Part shown: piece after piece, positions 1 through 9,970 of the stretch
Numbering within the stretch: position 1 is the first letter of the stretch
Layout of the letters: each line of letters opens with the position of its first letter
DNA from: Candidatus Daviesbacteria bacterium
GTDB taxonomy: Bacteria; Patescibacteriota; Microgenomatia; Daviesbacterales; UBA10151
Direction: 5' to 3'
Length of the DNA stretch: 64,000 nt
NCBI GenBank assembly: GCA_016176335.1
Contig: JACOXI010000003.1
Span: forward strand, 194,477 to 258,476
The notes under the pieces: generated by a model
What the model was told of the DNA's origin: nothing
The model's input: the letters and a program-made list of their open reading frames with translations, nothing else
The model's database searches: none
Program-made: the position numbers and the translations under genes

Positions 1-296
1 TTAGCTGCAAGGATGGTAGAAATTTTAAGTTGGGTTTGTCTGATCAAAATCTCGTATGGCCCCAGACTTTCTATATAAGGAATTTGTTGTTCAATAGCCT
101 CTTTTTTGTCTGCCAAATCCGCATCCAGTTTAAACCTTAAGATAAAGGCAATAAATACTATGACTTCAACCAATATAAAGATGTACCTTCCTGTAGAAAG
201 AAGCCAGCGGAATACTTTTACCGCCAGTTTCTCGGGATTGCTTTGCGGTTTGAGAAGGTCAAGATTAATCCCGATCTTAAGATTTTTTTTGGGCAT
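1..296 (-). CDS. hypothetical small membrane protein (98 aa; not in supplied ORF track)
   Basis: Reverse-strand ATG at 294-296 (cat) to TAA at 1-3 (tta). Hand translation MPKKNLKIGINLDLLKPQS...YIFILVEVIVFIAFILRF... has one TM helix. Confidence 0.35.
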   Translation of the reverse strand, partial: MPKKNLKIGINLDLLKPQSNPEKLAVKVFRWLLSTGRYIFILVEVIVFIAFILRFKLDADLADKKEAIEQQIPYIESLGPYEILIRQTQLKISTILAA

Positions 297-310
297 GGAT
301 TAATTATACA

Positions 311-335
311 GGGGATAGGGTGTAGGGTGTAGGGG
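311..335 (+). other. G-quadruplex-capable motif GGGGATAGGGTGTAGGGTGTAGGGG (four G-tracts)
   Basis: Read directly from the sequence; between the two reverse-strand genes, immediately 3' of the rpsT stop. Confidence 0.3.
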
Positions 336-340
336 TGAAG

Positions 341-565
341 TTAGTTAGATAACCTTGATTTTAGTCGGGCAGCTTTGTTAGGATGGATCAGTTTTACTTT
401 GGCAGCTTTATCTAATGCGGAAAAAACTGTCTGTAGGTCTTTGGCGTTTTTTGTTGCTCTGACTTTTTTGATCAAAGCTTTCAAAGCATCTTTCCGCCTT
501 TGATTACGGATTGTTCTAGTTTTATCCTTTCTTACCTTTTTAATGGCCGAACGAATTATTGGCAT
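341..565 (-). CDS. rpsT: 30S ribosomal protein S20
   Basis: 74 aa basic protein; IRSAIKKVRKD...KKVRATKNAKD...LIHPNKAARLKSRL matches S20 family. Confidence 0.85.
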   Translation of the reverse strand: MPIIRSAIKKVRKDKTRTIRNQRRKDALKALIKKVRATKNAKDLQTVFSALDKAAKVKLIHPNKAARLKSRLSN

Positions 566-634
566 AAGTTATTTTGGAATGGTATCATAGCCGCTACCTT
601 TTTATCAAGCTCAAATATTGTTATAGTTTAAATT

Positions 635-2275
635 ATGGTCAAAAATTTATTATCAATTCTTTACTCGAGACAAACTTCAATCCTTTCCGGTGCTGTAATT
701 ATTATGGCCACCGTGATTTTATCAAAGATATTGGGTTTGGCAAGAGACAGGTTATTAACTCATATTTTTCCACCGGACAATATTTCTATATTTTTTGCAG
801 CTTTCGGCATACCGGATATAATCTTCCAGCTTTTGGTGTTTGGAGCTCTGTCTGTGGCTTTCATTCCTGTTTTTACGGAATATGTGGAAGGAAAAGGTAG
901 AGATGCGGCATTTAAGTTGGCAGGATCAATTCTAAACTTGGCCCTTATTGTTTTAAGTTTTGCAATTATTATCATCCTGATTTTTATTGATCCGCTCACC
1001 TCTTTGGTTGTCCCCGGGTTTTCTGTTGAGCAGCGTATACAGACAATTACCCTAACAAGAGTAATCTTATTGGGACAGTTATTTTTGGTAATAGGATCGC
1101 TCTTTAGTGGTATGTTGCAATCCTTCCAAAGATTTATTATCCCGGCATTAGCAGGAGTTTTTTATAATGTGGGAATTATTTTGGGGATAATTTTTCTTAC
1201 CTCACCTTTGGGCATGATGGGTGCAGCGATTGGGGTTGTGATTGGGGCAGTTTTACATTTTATGATACAGCTTCCGGTTATCGTCTCGTTGGGTTTTAGA
1301 CCGAAGTTTTTATTGACATTTTTTCATCCGGGAGTAAAGGAAATAACCGGGCTTATGAGTGTTAGAAGTGTGGGGTTGGCAGCGGAGCTTTTTAACGAGA
1401 GAGTGGGAATAGCTTTGGCCTCTTTAATATCTGTTCAATCGGTGACCTTTCTGACATTGTCTCAACATTTACAATTGGTACCGATTAGTCTGTTTGGAGC
1501 AACTATTGCTCAAGCAGCTCTTCCTGTGCTTTCTTCCGAGAGGGCAAGGGGCAGGATGGAAGAATTTAAAACCACACTGCTTACAACAATGCATCAGATT
1601 TTATTTCTGGCACTACCTGCAACAGCAATCCTGATAGTGTTGCGGATTCCTGCGGTAAGGCTGGTTTTCGGAGCATCTCAATTTAATTGGGAGGCAACAG
1701 TTTTAACAGGTTTAACTTTAGCTTATTTGTCAATCGGTTTGGCTGCTCAAGCGGTTTCATTACTTTTGGTCAGGGGTTTTTATGCGCTCAAAGATACAAG
1801 AACACCGGTGGTAGTTTCGCTAGTAGTTGTTGCCACAAATGTGGCCTTAAGTCTGTATTTTGTAAAGAGTTTAAGATTGGATGTTTGGAGTTTGGGTTTT
1901 GCATTCTCAATAGCCAGTATTCTATCGGCAGTGCTACTTTTTTCAACACTTCATCTTAAGGTGGGTAAATTTGATTTAAAGGTTGTTTTAATTCCCTTTT
2001 TCAAGATGGTTATGGCAACCATTATTATGGGTGTTGCTTTGTATGTACCTATAAAGCTTTTGGATCAGGTTATTTTTGACACAACAAGAACACTAAACCT
2101 TTTGATATTAACCGGTCTCTCATCAACTTTTGCTCTTTGTGTTTACGTATTATTGGTTTGGTTTTTGAAAGTCAGAGAACTGCAAACTTATTCGGATTTG
2201 TTAAGAAGAGTTGCCAAGTTTCAAAGTCAGTTTAAAGCCAAGGAAATTATCACTCCTGAGAGCGGAACTGTTTAA
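635..2275 (+). CDS. murJ: lipid II flippase MurJ/MviN
   Basis: 546 aa polytopic membrane protein; N-terminus SILSGAVIIMATVILSKILGLARDRLL and overall MurJ/MOP architecture. Confidence 0.85.
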   Translation: MVKNLLSILYSRQTSILSGAVIIMATVILSKILGLARDRLLTHIFPPDNISIFFAAFGIPDIIFQLLVFGALSVAFIPVFTEYVEGKGRDAAFKLAGSILNLALIVLSFAIIIILIFIDPLTSLVVPGFSVEQRIQTITLTRVILLGQLFLVIGSLFSGMLQSFQRFIIPALAGVFYNVGIILGIIFLTSPLGMMGAAIGVVIGAVLHFMIQLPVIVSLGFRPKFLLTFFHPGVKEITGLMSVRSVGLAAELFNERVGIALASLISVQSVTFLTLSQHLQLVPISLFGATIAQAALPVLSSERARGRMEEFKTTLLTTMHQILFLALPATAILIVLRIPAVRLVFGASQFNWEATVLTGLTLAYLSIGLAAQAVSLLLVRGFYALKDTRTPVVVSLVVVATNVALSLYFVKSLRLDVWSLGFAFSIASILSAVLLFSTLHLKVGKFDLKVVLIPFFKMVMATIIMGVALYVPIKLLDQVIFDTTRTLNLLILTGLSSTFALCVYVLLVWFLKVRELQTYSDLLRRVAKFQSQFKAKEIITPESGTV

Positions 2276-2277
2276 TC

Positions 2278-4041
2278 TTGATGTATATCAGAAATTTTTG
2301 CATTATTGCTCATATAGATGCGGGAAAGTCAACACTGGCTGATAGGCTGTTGGAGATCACAGGAACTGTTCCTAAAGAAAAACTAAAACCCCAGTTGTTG
2401 GATAGTTTGGCTTTAGAGCGGGAGCGTGGTATTACAATTAAATTGGCTCCCGTGCGTTTACGATATACGATAAACGATACACAATATACTCTTAATTTAA
2501 TTGATACTCCCGGCCATGTTGATTTTTCTTATGAGGTATCGCGCGCTTTGGCTGCTGTGGAAGGGGCGATTTTGCTTGTTGATGCAACAGCGGGTATTCA
2601 GGCTCAAACTTTGGCACATGGTCTGGCTGCTTTGGATCAAAACCTGACTTTAATATCTGTAATAAACAAGGTTGATTTGTCTCATGCTGATGTCCAAAAA
2701 TCAACCAAAGCATTGACAGATACTTTTGGATTTTCAGAATCGGAAATATTACTCGTTTCCGGAAAAACCGGTCAGGGAGTGGATAAACTTTTACAAGCTA
2801 TCGTGGAAAGAATTCCTGCTCCCAAATCCGAGACAGACAAACCATTGAGAGCTTTAATCTTTGATTCGTTCTTTGATTCGTTTAAAGGTGTTATTGCCCA
2901 AGTGAGGATTGTTGAGGGGCAAACACCACCAGTAAACAGTAAAATATCCTTTTTGCGAACGCAGGCAGCAGGGCATATCCTGGAAACAGGATTTTTTGTG
3001 CCGCAGCTAACCGTTAACGAGGGATTAAAAAGCGGGGAAATAGGTTATATTGCCACCGGCATCAAAGAACCTGATCTGGTGCGGGTGGGAGATACCATCA
3101 GTTCCACATTTGAGGTGGAGCCCTTGCCAGGATATAAAGAGGTTAAACCTATGGTCTTTGTTGGACTTTTTCCCATAGATGCTGACAAATACTTTGAACT
3201 GAAAGATGCTCTTGCCAAGTTTAGATTAACGGATCCTGCTTTTTCATATATACCGGAGCAATCACAAGCTTTAGGTGCGGGATTTCGATGTGGATTTTTA
3301 GGACTGTTACATGCGGAAGTTGTTCAGGAAAGACTATCAGGAGAATTTAATGTTGATCTTATGGTAACAGTTCCTTCAGTTGAGTATCTTTTAAATAACC
3401 AGCCGATTACCTCTCCTTCGGAGTTGCCCCAGGGAGAAAACATAACCGATTTGAAAGAGCCATGGGTGAAATTGAGAATTTTTGTGCCCCAAAATTATAT
3501 TGGGTCTGTCATGGAGTTAATACAAGATAAAAGAGGCAGATTTTTAAACATGCAGCATTTCGGGCTTCAGGTGGAGATGTCCTATGAAATGCCGCTTTCT
3601 GAAATGGTGACTAATTTTTACGACAGATTAAAATCAGTTTCTTCTGGTTTTGCATCGTTGGATTGGGAGTTTTTGGAATTTCGGGAGGCGGATTGTGTAC
3701 GGGTTGATATTTTGGTGGGAGGAGAGAAGGTTGATGCGCTTTCCATGATCATAATTAAGGAAAAGGCAGAATCCGCCGGTCGGCTGATGGTGGAAAAATT
3801 AAAAGAGGTACTCCCCAGGCAAAATTTTGCAATAGCAATACAGGCAGCAATTGGTGGAACAATTATTGCCAGAGAAACGCTTTCTCCCTTTAGAAAAGAT
3901 GTCACAGCCAAATTATATGGTGGAGATAGAACCAGAAAAGATAAGCTGCTAGAGAAGCAGAAAAAAGGTAAAAAGAAGATGAAGATGGTAGGCCGTGTAG
4001 AAATTCCCCAAGAAGCATTTTTAAGTATTTTGAAAAGTTAA
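2278..4041 (+). CDS. lepA: translation elongation factor 4 (LepA)
   Basis: 587 aa; GTPase motifs [21 protein letters not shown]; LepA-specific C-terminal region. Confidence 0.95.
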   Translation: MMYIRNFCIIAHIDAGKSTLADRLLEITGTVPKEKLKPQLLDSLALERERGITIKLAPVRLRYTINDTQYTLNLIDTPGHVDFSYEVSRALAAVEGAILLVDATAGIQAQTLAHGLAALDQNLTLISVINKVDLSHADVQKSTKALTDTFGFSESEILLVSGKTGQGVDKLLQAIVERIPAPKSETDKPLRALIFDSFFDSFKGVIAQVRIVEGQTPPVNSKISFLRTQAAGHILETGFFVPQLTVNEGLKSGEIGYIATGIKEPDLVRVGDTISSTFEVEPLPGYKEVKPMVFVGLFPIDADKYFELKDALAKFRLTDPAFSYIPEQSQALGAGFRCGFLGLLHAEVVQERLSGEFNVDLMVTVPSVEYLLNNQPITSPSELPQGENITDLKEPWVKLRIFVPQNYIGSVMELIQDKRGRFLNMQHFGLQVEMSYEMPLSEMVTNFYDRLKSVSSGFASLDWEFLEFREADCVRVDILVGGEKVDALSMIIIKEKAESAGRLMVEKLKEVLPRQNFAIAIQAAIGGTIIARETLSPFRKDVTAKLYGGDRTRKDKLLEKQKKGKKKMKMVGRVEIPQEAFLSILKS

Positions 4042-4563
4042 ATGAAAAAATACGTTTTTAAGGCTTACAATCCAATTTTCCCTGAACTTTTTGAAAAAGA
4101 AAAAAGCAGGATAAAAAAGGTTTTGGGAAGTAGTGATCGTATTGAACATGTTGGCAGTACTGCGGTTTTAGGTTTAGGCGGTAAGGGGATAATTGATATT
4201 TATATTGCCACACAGAAAAATCAAATGAAGGTTTTATCGAAAAAATTACAGGGATTGGGTTATGAATATGAACCTGAAGGTGGTTCGGATGAGCGTTTGT
4301 TCCATCGGATCTCTTTGCCTGATCCCGCGGAAGAAGTAAGAACCTATCATGTTCATGTGACTTTTCCCGAGAGTGATGAGTGGATTAAGGCAATTAAATT
4401 GCGGGATTATTTAAGAACGCACCCTCAAGATGCCCAAAAATATGCTAAGGCGAAAAAGCTTGCGGCAGCGAAGGCTAATGAAAGTAGGAAAACTTATCTC
4501 AAGATAAAGAGCCCTATTTTAGAAGAAATAATTGAGAAATCCTTAACATTCGGAAGACTATAA
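4042..4563 (+). CDS. GrpB family protein (nucleotidyltransferase-like, COG2320)
   Basis: 173 aa; RIEHVGSTAV...IIDIYI motif typical of GrpB/UPF0157. Confidence 0.65.
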   Translation: MKKYVFKAYNPIFPELFEKEKSRIKKVLGSSDRIEHVGSTAVLGLGGKGIIDIYIATQKNQMKVLSKKLQGLGYEYEPEGGSDERLFHRISLPDPAEEVRTYHVHVTFPESDEWIKAIKLRDYLRTHPQDAQKYAKAKKLAAAKANESRKTYLKIKSPILEEIIEKSLTFGRL

Positions 4564-4585
4564 TGATTTAAATCATTAAAGCAGT

Positions 4586-4792
4586 TTAACGGTAAGTTTG
4601 GGTAGTGCGGCGTTCAATTCGTTGATGAATTTTTAGGTAAGTATTAATATCAAGTAGAGCTGCTTTTGGTTTACCATGTTGGGCTATGATAATCACGCCA
4701 TCTTTGGGTAGGTTTTTCAGGATATCTGATAATTTCCTCCTAAGTTCATCAGTGCCTATAAATTTTTTGTCTAGAATATTGCTTAATTGCAT
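4586..4792 (-). CDS. Phd/YefM-like antitoxin domain protein (orphan, no adjacent toxin)
   Basis: 68 aa; DELRRKLSDILKNLPKDGVIIIAQHGKPKAALLDINTY resembles Phd/YefM fold signature; no toxin ORF on the same strand nearby. Confidence 0.45.
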   Translation of the reverse strand: MQLSNILDKKFIGTDELRRKLSDILKNLPKDGVIIIAQHGKPKAALLDINTYLKIHQRIERRTTQTYR

Positions 4793-4864
4793 GAGGATAT
4801 CATAACATATTCCTTAGGTTTGTCAATAGTTGCTTTTAGGTTCAAAGAGACAGATAATACCTCT

Positions 4865-5677
4865 ATGAACCCATTAATAAGCGTAGTGATACCAACCTAC
4901 AATCGTAAAAATATAGTTTTGGAAGCTATTCAAAGCGTGTTACAGCAAGAGCCTAAAAATTATGAAGTGATCGTTGTGGATGATGGTTCTACAGACAAAA
5001 CAGCAGAGTACATAAAGTCTTTAAAGTTACCTGTCAGGATTATTAATAAAGAAAATGGTGGGGTAGCCAGTGCCAGAAATGCCGGCATTAAAAACGCTAG
5101 AGGTAGATATATAGCGTTTTTAGACTCTGATGATATTTGGCTGCCGGGAATTTTAAAGGCTCAACTTGCCTATTTAAAATTTCACCCAAATATTCCATTG
5201 GTGTACACAGATCAGTATATTCAGGTGAGAGGAAGAAGGCGTAAGAAGACAAGGTTTAGTTATCAACCACCTAGAAATATGTTTAATCTACCTGGGTTCA
5301 TAGATAAAGTCCCAATTCACTCATCATCGGTTATGGTTAGAAAGTCAATTTTTGAAAAGATGGGTTCGTTTAATGAAAATCTGAAAATTCACGAAGATAC
5401 AGAGATGTGGAACAGGATTAGTGAGCGTTATAAACTTGGTTTTATCGACAAACCTCTTGCTATTTTTCGGTGGGAGGTAGATCCTCGGCATTTACTTAGG
5501 GAAAGCGAGAGAAAAAAGTTTGTACAAGAAGGGAAGAAATATATGAAGTTGTATGAAGATAGAAGACAAAACAGGGAATTGACTGATGAAGAAAAGAAAG
5601 CCATAAAAAGAAGTAGATCTATTCTAGAAAGAATTGAAGCTAAACTTTATCCAACAAATTCTCGATCGAGAATATAG
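4865..5677 (+). CDS. family 2 glycosyltransferase
   Basis: ISVVIPTYNR...VIVVDDGSTD...FLDSDD motifs (GT-A, DXD). Start trimmed to the ATG preceding MNPLISVVIPTYN; the supplied ORF starts at 4787. Confidence 0.8.
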   Translation: MNPLISVVIPTYNRKNIVLEAIQSVLQQEPKNYEVIVVDDGSTDKTAEYIKSLKLPVRIINKENGGVASARNAGIKNARGRYIAFLDSDDIWLPGILKAQLAYLKFHPNIPLVYTDQYIQVRGRRRKKTRFSYQPPRNMFNLPGFIDKVPIHSSSVMVRKSIFEKMGSFNENLKIHEDTEMWNRISERYKLGFIDKPLAIFRWEVDPRHLLRESERKKFVQEGKKYMKLYEDRRQNRELTDEEKKAIKRSRSILERIEAKLYPTNSRSRI

Positions 5678-5788
5678 TGAAAAATAATTATAAACCTCTC
5701 TTGATTAAATAACTACTTTGTGAGTAAACTGGAAGTAGTCCCACTTCGTCAAGACTTCGCGGGACAAAGAAGGAGGTGATTTAATAAA

Positions 5789-5995
5789 ATGAAAACACTT
5801 CATATGGTAGCCTTTACCCTGTTGGTGGTTGGTGGTTTGAACTGGGGCCTTTGGGCTTTGTTTAATTTTAACCTGGTTAACACTGTGTTGGGTGCTTGGC
5901 CAACAGTTGAAAAGTTAGTGTACATTTTGGTTGGTGTATCAGCTGTCTACATAGCTGCGACACACATGCAGGATTGTAAAGCGTGTGGAAAGTGA
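5789..5995 (+). CDS. DUF378 family small membrane protein
   Basis: 68 aa, two TM helices, LVVGGLNWGLWALFNFNLV signature; strong SD GAAGGAGGTGAT upstream. Confidence 0.7.
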   Translation: MKTLHMVAFTLLVVGGLNWGLWALFNFNLVNTVLGAWPTVEKLVYILVGVSAVYIAATHMQDCKACGK

Positions 5996-6045
5996 CGCTT
6001 TGCGTCATCCCGAGGAGCCATTAAGGCGACGAAGGATCTGGTAAT
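5993..6045. repeat. GC-rich structured repeat element (copy C) starting at the TGA stop of the DUF378 gene
   Basis: TGACGCTTTGCGTCATCCCGAGGAGCC...GGCGACGAAGGATCTGG; shares ordered blocks with copies at 55141-55185 and 13441-13473. Confidence 0.45.
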
Positions 6046-6054
6046 TATTTTAAT

Positions 6055-6082
6055 CCCGCACCTCATGGTGCGGGATTTTTGT
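6055..6082 (+). terminator. intrinsic terminator (8-bp GC stem CCCGCACC/GGTGCGGG, loop TCAT, T-tract)
   Basis: Perfect stem followed by ATTTTTGTT, 60 nt after the DUF378 gene stop. Confidence 0.6.
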
Positions 6083-6094
6083 TAGAATACAAAC

Positions 6095-7069
6095 ATGAAA
6101 ATCATTAAACCTCCCAAACTTAATATTGGAGATACTATTGGAATTGTTGCTTCATCTCTGCCTGTATTACCGTCTTTTAAAGAAAACTATGAACGTGGGA
6201 AAAAACTAATTGAGGAGATGGGTTTTAAGATCAAGGAGGGGAAAACAATAAGTCAGACTCGCTGGTGGATGGCAGGCACACCCAAAGAAGTGGCTTGGGA
6301 TATCAATAATATGTTTGCTGATAAAAAAATCAAAGCCATCATAGCTCAAACCGGTGGCTATTCTGCAATATCTATTTTAGAACATCTTGACTACCCGCTG
6401 ATTGCTCAAAATCCAAAACCATTTATAGGTATGTCGGATGTAACAGCATACCATTTGGCAATTTTTGCAAAAATTGGCATGGTGGGATTTCATATGGATG
6501 ATGTGACATTTGGGATGGGTAGGGAGTTGAAAGAAGGACAGCAGGATTGGCCCAAGTTAGATCAGGAGTTTTTTTTAAAATTTTTAACAAGAAATGAAGC
6601 ACCTGGAATCATTAAACCAGTAACTGAATGGGAAGAATGGAAAACAGGGAAGGCGGAAGGTCATTTAATTGGAGGGATATTGGAGAGAATTTCAGTGCTT
6701 GCAGGTTCGCACTATTTTCCCAGGCCGGAGGTATTTGAGGGGAGCATATTATTTTGGGAGGAAGTGGGAGTAGAACTGACTGATATTTACCAGTATCTTT
6801 ACCAGCTTAAAAATATGGGGATTTTGGAAAAGATTCATGGAATGTTGATTGGTAAATTGAAATATATCAAGCCTGCAATGGAGACAGAAATAATTGAACC
6901 AACTGCCAAAGAGATGATTTTGGATGTTTTAAAAGATTACAGATTCCCCATCATGGCCAATTTGGATTTTGGGCACTTTACAGTCAATATCCCCATGCCA
7001 ATAGGTATAAAAGTTTCTTTTGATACTTCCAAAAAGCAGTTAAAATTTTTAGAATCTGCTGTAGTTTAA
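6095..7069 (+). CDS. ldcA: LD-carboxypeptidase (peptidase S66, LdcA/MccF-like)
   Basis: PKLNIGDTIGIVASS N-terminus and catalytic-serine motif GMSDVTAYH. Confidence 0.8.
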   Translation: MKIIKPPKLNIGDTIGIVASSLPVLPSFKENYERGKKLIEEMGFKIKEGKTISQTRWWMAGTPKEVAWDINNMFADKKIKAIIAQTGGYSAISILEHLDYPLIAQNPKPFIGMSDVTAYHLAIFAKIGMVGFHMDDVTFGMGRELKEGQQDWPKLDQEFFLKFLTRNEAPGIIKPVTEWEEWKTGKAEGHLIGGILERISVLAGSHYFPRPEVFEGSILFWEEVGVELTDIYQYLYQLKNMGILEKIHGMLIGKLKYIKPAMETEIIEPTAKEMILDVLKDYRFPIMANLDFGHFTVNIPMPIGIKVSFDTSKKQLKFLESAVV

Positions 7070-7800
7070 CCTCTAATCACTTTACAGTTGGGGCAGCGTA
7101 AGGAAGTGTCTTCATAAATTTTGGCAACTTGGTCAGAAAGTTTAAACTCTAAAGTTGTGCCTTCTGAAATAGAGAAAACATCAGGACTATTATCAAAAGT
7201 GAGTGTGGCTTTTCCTCTGACTAGCTGGAAGCCAATTTTGTCAAATCCGTCTGCTTTATCATACTCATCTTGATTTAGATATATTGGTGCTGTCTTTTTG
7301 GTTGTATTATTAAATGCCAGAGCAAAACCGTCGCTAAAAGATTCACCGGTAATACTTTTAAAATAACCTGTTGAACCAAAGGGTGTAGATACGACAATAC
7401 CATCTCCTATGTAAATTTCTCCAGGGGTATCATCTTGTAATGTTTTAAAGCGGATTGTATGTATTGGTTCTTTATTACGGACAACAAAATCATTTAATGC
7501 AAGAAGAGCCTTACCATACACACTTGTGTGAAGCTTTTTATATTCTTTGAGTTGTAATTCCTTCTCCAGTAACTTTTTAAGTATAACTTTATCCTCATGG
7601 TTTAAACATTTTTTGCAAATTAAGCTATCTCTTATCGGAAGTTTTGGCACACCTGGATATTTTTTCTCCGAAGAAAGCAGAGTCCCATCCCCGCCATAAC
7701 TTATTACCACATCCGGATTTTCGGTTACTATCTCAAATCCTAAACTTTGTATCAACCCTGCTATATTTTTTGCATTATTACCATGCAGCAAGACTTTCAT
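7066..7800 (-). CDS. nadK: NAD+ kinase
   Basis: GGDGTLL, NDFVV, DGIVVSTPFGSTGY motifs of the NAD kinase family. Confidence 0.8.
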   Translation of the reverse strand: MKVLLHGNNAKNIAGLIQSLGFEIVTENPDVVISYGGDGTLLSSEKKYPGVPKLPIRDSLICKKCLNHEDKVILKKLLEKELQLKEYKKLHTSVYGKALLALNDFVVRNKEPIHTIRFKTLQDDTPGEIYIGDGIVVSTPFGSTGYFKSITGESFSDGFALAFNNTTKKTAPIYLNQDEYDKADGFDKIGFQLVRGKATLTFDNSPDVFSISEGTTLEFKLSDQVAKIYEDTSLRCPNCKVIRG

Positions 7801-7844
7801 GTAGCTAATGATACTACAGATTAGGTATACTTAAAAATTAAGTT

Positions 7845-9083
7845 ATGAGACCTAAAATTTCTCCTTTTATAGTCCTTAAGGTAACCCACTTTAGAAGTTA
7901 TCTATTTGGGGCATTTATTTCAGAGATTGGTAACCAGATGCAGACAGTGGCAGTTGCCTGGCAAGTTTATGAACTAACCCGAAATCCTGCATCTTTGGGA
8001 CTGATTGGTCTGGCCAATTTTTTACCAATAATTGCTTTTTCCTTAGTCGGAGGATTGGTGGCTGATAAAGTTGACAGGAAAAAGTTGTTAATTTTTGCAC
8101 AAGCTGCTCAGTTAATTTTGGCAATCATTCTTTTTGCCATGACTGTTTTTCATCTTATTAACCCTCTAATGATTTATGGTATTTTAGTGTTGGTTGCAAC
8201 TTCACAATCATTTTCCATCCCGGCCAGGCAAAGCGTGTTGCCCCATCTTGTGCCAAAACAATATTTTATGAATGCAGTTTCTTTAAATGTTTTGCAGTTT
8301 CAGGGAGCCACCATGATTGGTCCCGCCGTGGCGGGATTTTTGATTGGGGGAGTGGGAATATCAGCAGTGTATTTTCTTAATGCCTTATCTTTCTTATTTT
8401 TTATAGGAACACTGTTTACTTTAAATGTTTCTTTGCAAAAACATGATGCTGGGGAGGTGGAATTTAGTTTAGCATCCATTATGGAAGGGATAAAATTTGT
8501 GGTCAAAACCCCCATTCTTTATAACACCATGATTTTGGATTTTAGCGCTACTTTTTTTGGTACAGCCACTATTTTAATGCCTGTTTTTGCCCAGGATGTT
8601 TTGCATGTTGGCCCAAAAGGTTTGGGGCTTTTATACTCTGCTCCAGCCATAGGCGGGGTATTGGCAGGGCTTTTAGTTTCTGCTTTACATCACAAGATCA
8701 AACATCAAGGCAAGGTAATTATTGGGGCGCTCACTGTATATGGATTAGCCACAATTGGGTTTGGTTTATCTAAAATTTTCCCTCTTTCCATATTATTTTT
8801 AATCATGCTTGGTTTTGGAGATATGGTCTCCACTATTATCAGAAATACCATCAGACAAATGATTACTCCGGATCATTTAAGGGGCAGGATGGCCTCTGTG
8901 ATGAGGATTTTCTTTCAGGGCGGGCCACAGCTGGGGGATATGGAAGCTGGATTTTTGGCCAAAGTAATTGGCGGTCCAGCCTCTGTGGTGGTGGGTGGCA
9001 TAGGAGTGCTGGCAGTTTTGTCAGTACTTACTTTTAAAGGTAAAGCTTTGAGAGAGTATCACGGTAAAGACTTGGCAGTGTAA
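7845..9083 (+). CDS. MFS transporter
   Basis: 412 aa, about 12 predicted TM helices, MFS-type repeated architecture. Confidence 0.7.
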   Translation: MRPKISPFIVLKVTHFRSYLFGAFISEIGNQMQTVAVAWQVYELTRNPASLGLIGLANFLPIIAFSLVGGLVADKVDRKKLLIFAQAAQLILAIILFAMTVFHLINPLMIYGILVLVATSQSFSIPARQSVLPHLVPKQYFMNAVSLNVLQFQGATMIGPAVAGFLIGGVGISAVYFLNALSFLFFIGTLFTLNVSLQKHDAGEVEFSLASIMEGIKFVVKTPILYNTMILDFSATFFGTATILMPVFAQDVLHVGPKGLGLLYSAPAIGGVLAGLLVSALHHKIKHQGKVIIGALTVYGLATIGFGLSKIFPLSILFLIMLGFGDMVSTIIRNTIRQMITPDHLRGRMASVMRIFFQGGPQLGDMEAGFLAKVIGGPASVVVGGIGVLAVLSVLTFKGKALREYHGKDLAV

Positions 9084-9084
9084 A

Positions 9085-9732
9085 TTATTTTGAAATCTTC
9101 AGTGATGAAGCAACTTTTAATAAAGTATCTCCTACTAATTCTCCCGCATTAGGCGCAGATCCCGCACTTAAGCTAAAAATATCGGAGTTAAGTTCAGGTT
9201 GGACAAAAAGTACCCCGTAAGAATATGCAACTGTACGAGGGTCTGGCGAAGGGGATGGGAATATGAGTAACTCATTTTGGCCATTTATTGTGGATACGTT
9301 TCTGCGAACAGTTCCTTGTACAATCTCTGGAATGAAAGGCTTAAGATAATAATCTGCTGCTTGTTTTACAGTTGAACCAAATACTCTGTCAAGCTTTGTT
9401 ATCCATATTGAATTATTCTGGTTGCTTTGATCTTTAATAGTGACCACATACTGCGTTCCGCCTTGTGGATTAAGACCCTCTTCAGCTTCCCAGTCCGCTG
9501 GAATTTTTACGCAGAAATTTAGGTTGTTACTACAAAAAGTTTTCTCGTTTTGTACAGGAAATGAGGTAGGTTGTGGGGTTTGCTCGCCTCGATGAGTCGA
9601 AGCGGGGGAAGTTACCACTGGATTAGCTGCGGGTTTTGGAGAAGTGGATCTACCCAGAAAATATGCTCCACCAGCAATTAGTATTATTAAAGCCCCAACT
9701 ATTATCCAAATCAGTATTTGCCCTTTTTGCAT
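9085..9732 (-). CDS. hypothetical membrane-anchored secreted protein
   Basis: N-terminal TM/signal anchor, Pro/Ser/Thr-rich linker, then a beta-rich domain; no recognisable family. Confidence 0.5.
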   Translation of the reverse strand: MQKGQILIWIIVGALIILIAGGAYFLGRSTSPKPAANPVVTSPASTHRGEQTPQPTSFPVQNEKTFCSNNLNFCVKIPADWEAEEGLNPQGGTQYVVTIKDQSNQNNSIWITKLDRVFGSTVKQAADYYLKPFIPEIVQGTVRRNVSTINGQNELLIFPSPSPDPRTVAYSYGVLFVQPELNSDIFSLSAGSAPNAGELVGDTLLKVASSLKISK

Positions 9733-9970
9733 ACCTTTATTCTAACAGTTTAGGATATAAAAGAATTAGCAAAAAACTTATGACCAGAGCTGAGAAAAAT
9801 GGGATTTTAATAAAAACACCCTTTTTATCAAGGTTAATATCCCAAGGCAAACGGGGAAACTTGGGAATAATATTCTCTACCAAACTCATTAAAAGAAAAA
9901 CCGTAAAGAAAACAATAAATTCCTTTCATACTGTTTTATTATAAATTGACTGTTACTTAATTAAAATACT

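Noticed and set aside
574-999. ORF-track entries 574..900(+) and 760..999(-) overlapping murJ
   Set aside because: Alternative-frame ORFs inside a well-supported MurJ gene; low-complexity Cys/Phe-rich translations, no start context.
9636-9944. 102-aa + strand ORF spanning the divergent intergenic region 9733-9970
   Set aside because: Overlaps the start of the reverse-strand gene by about 100 nt, AT-rich, Lys/Leu-rich low-complexity translation; more likely promoter region for the divergent genes.
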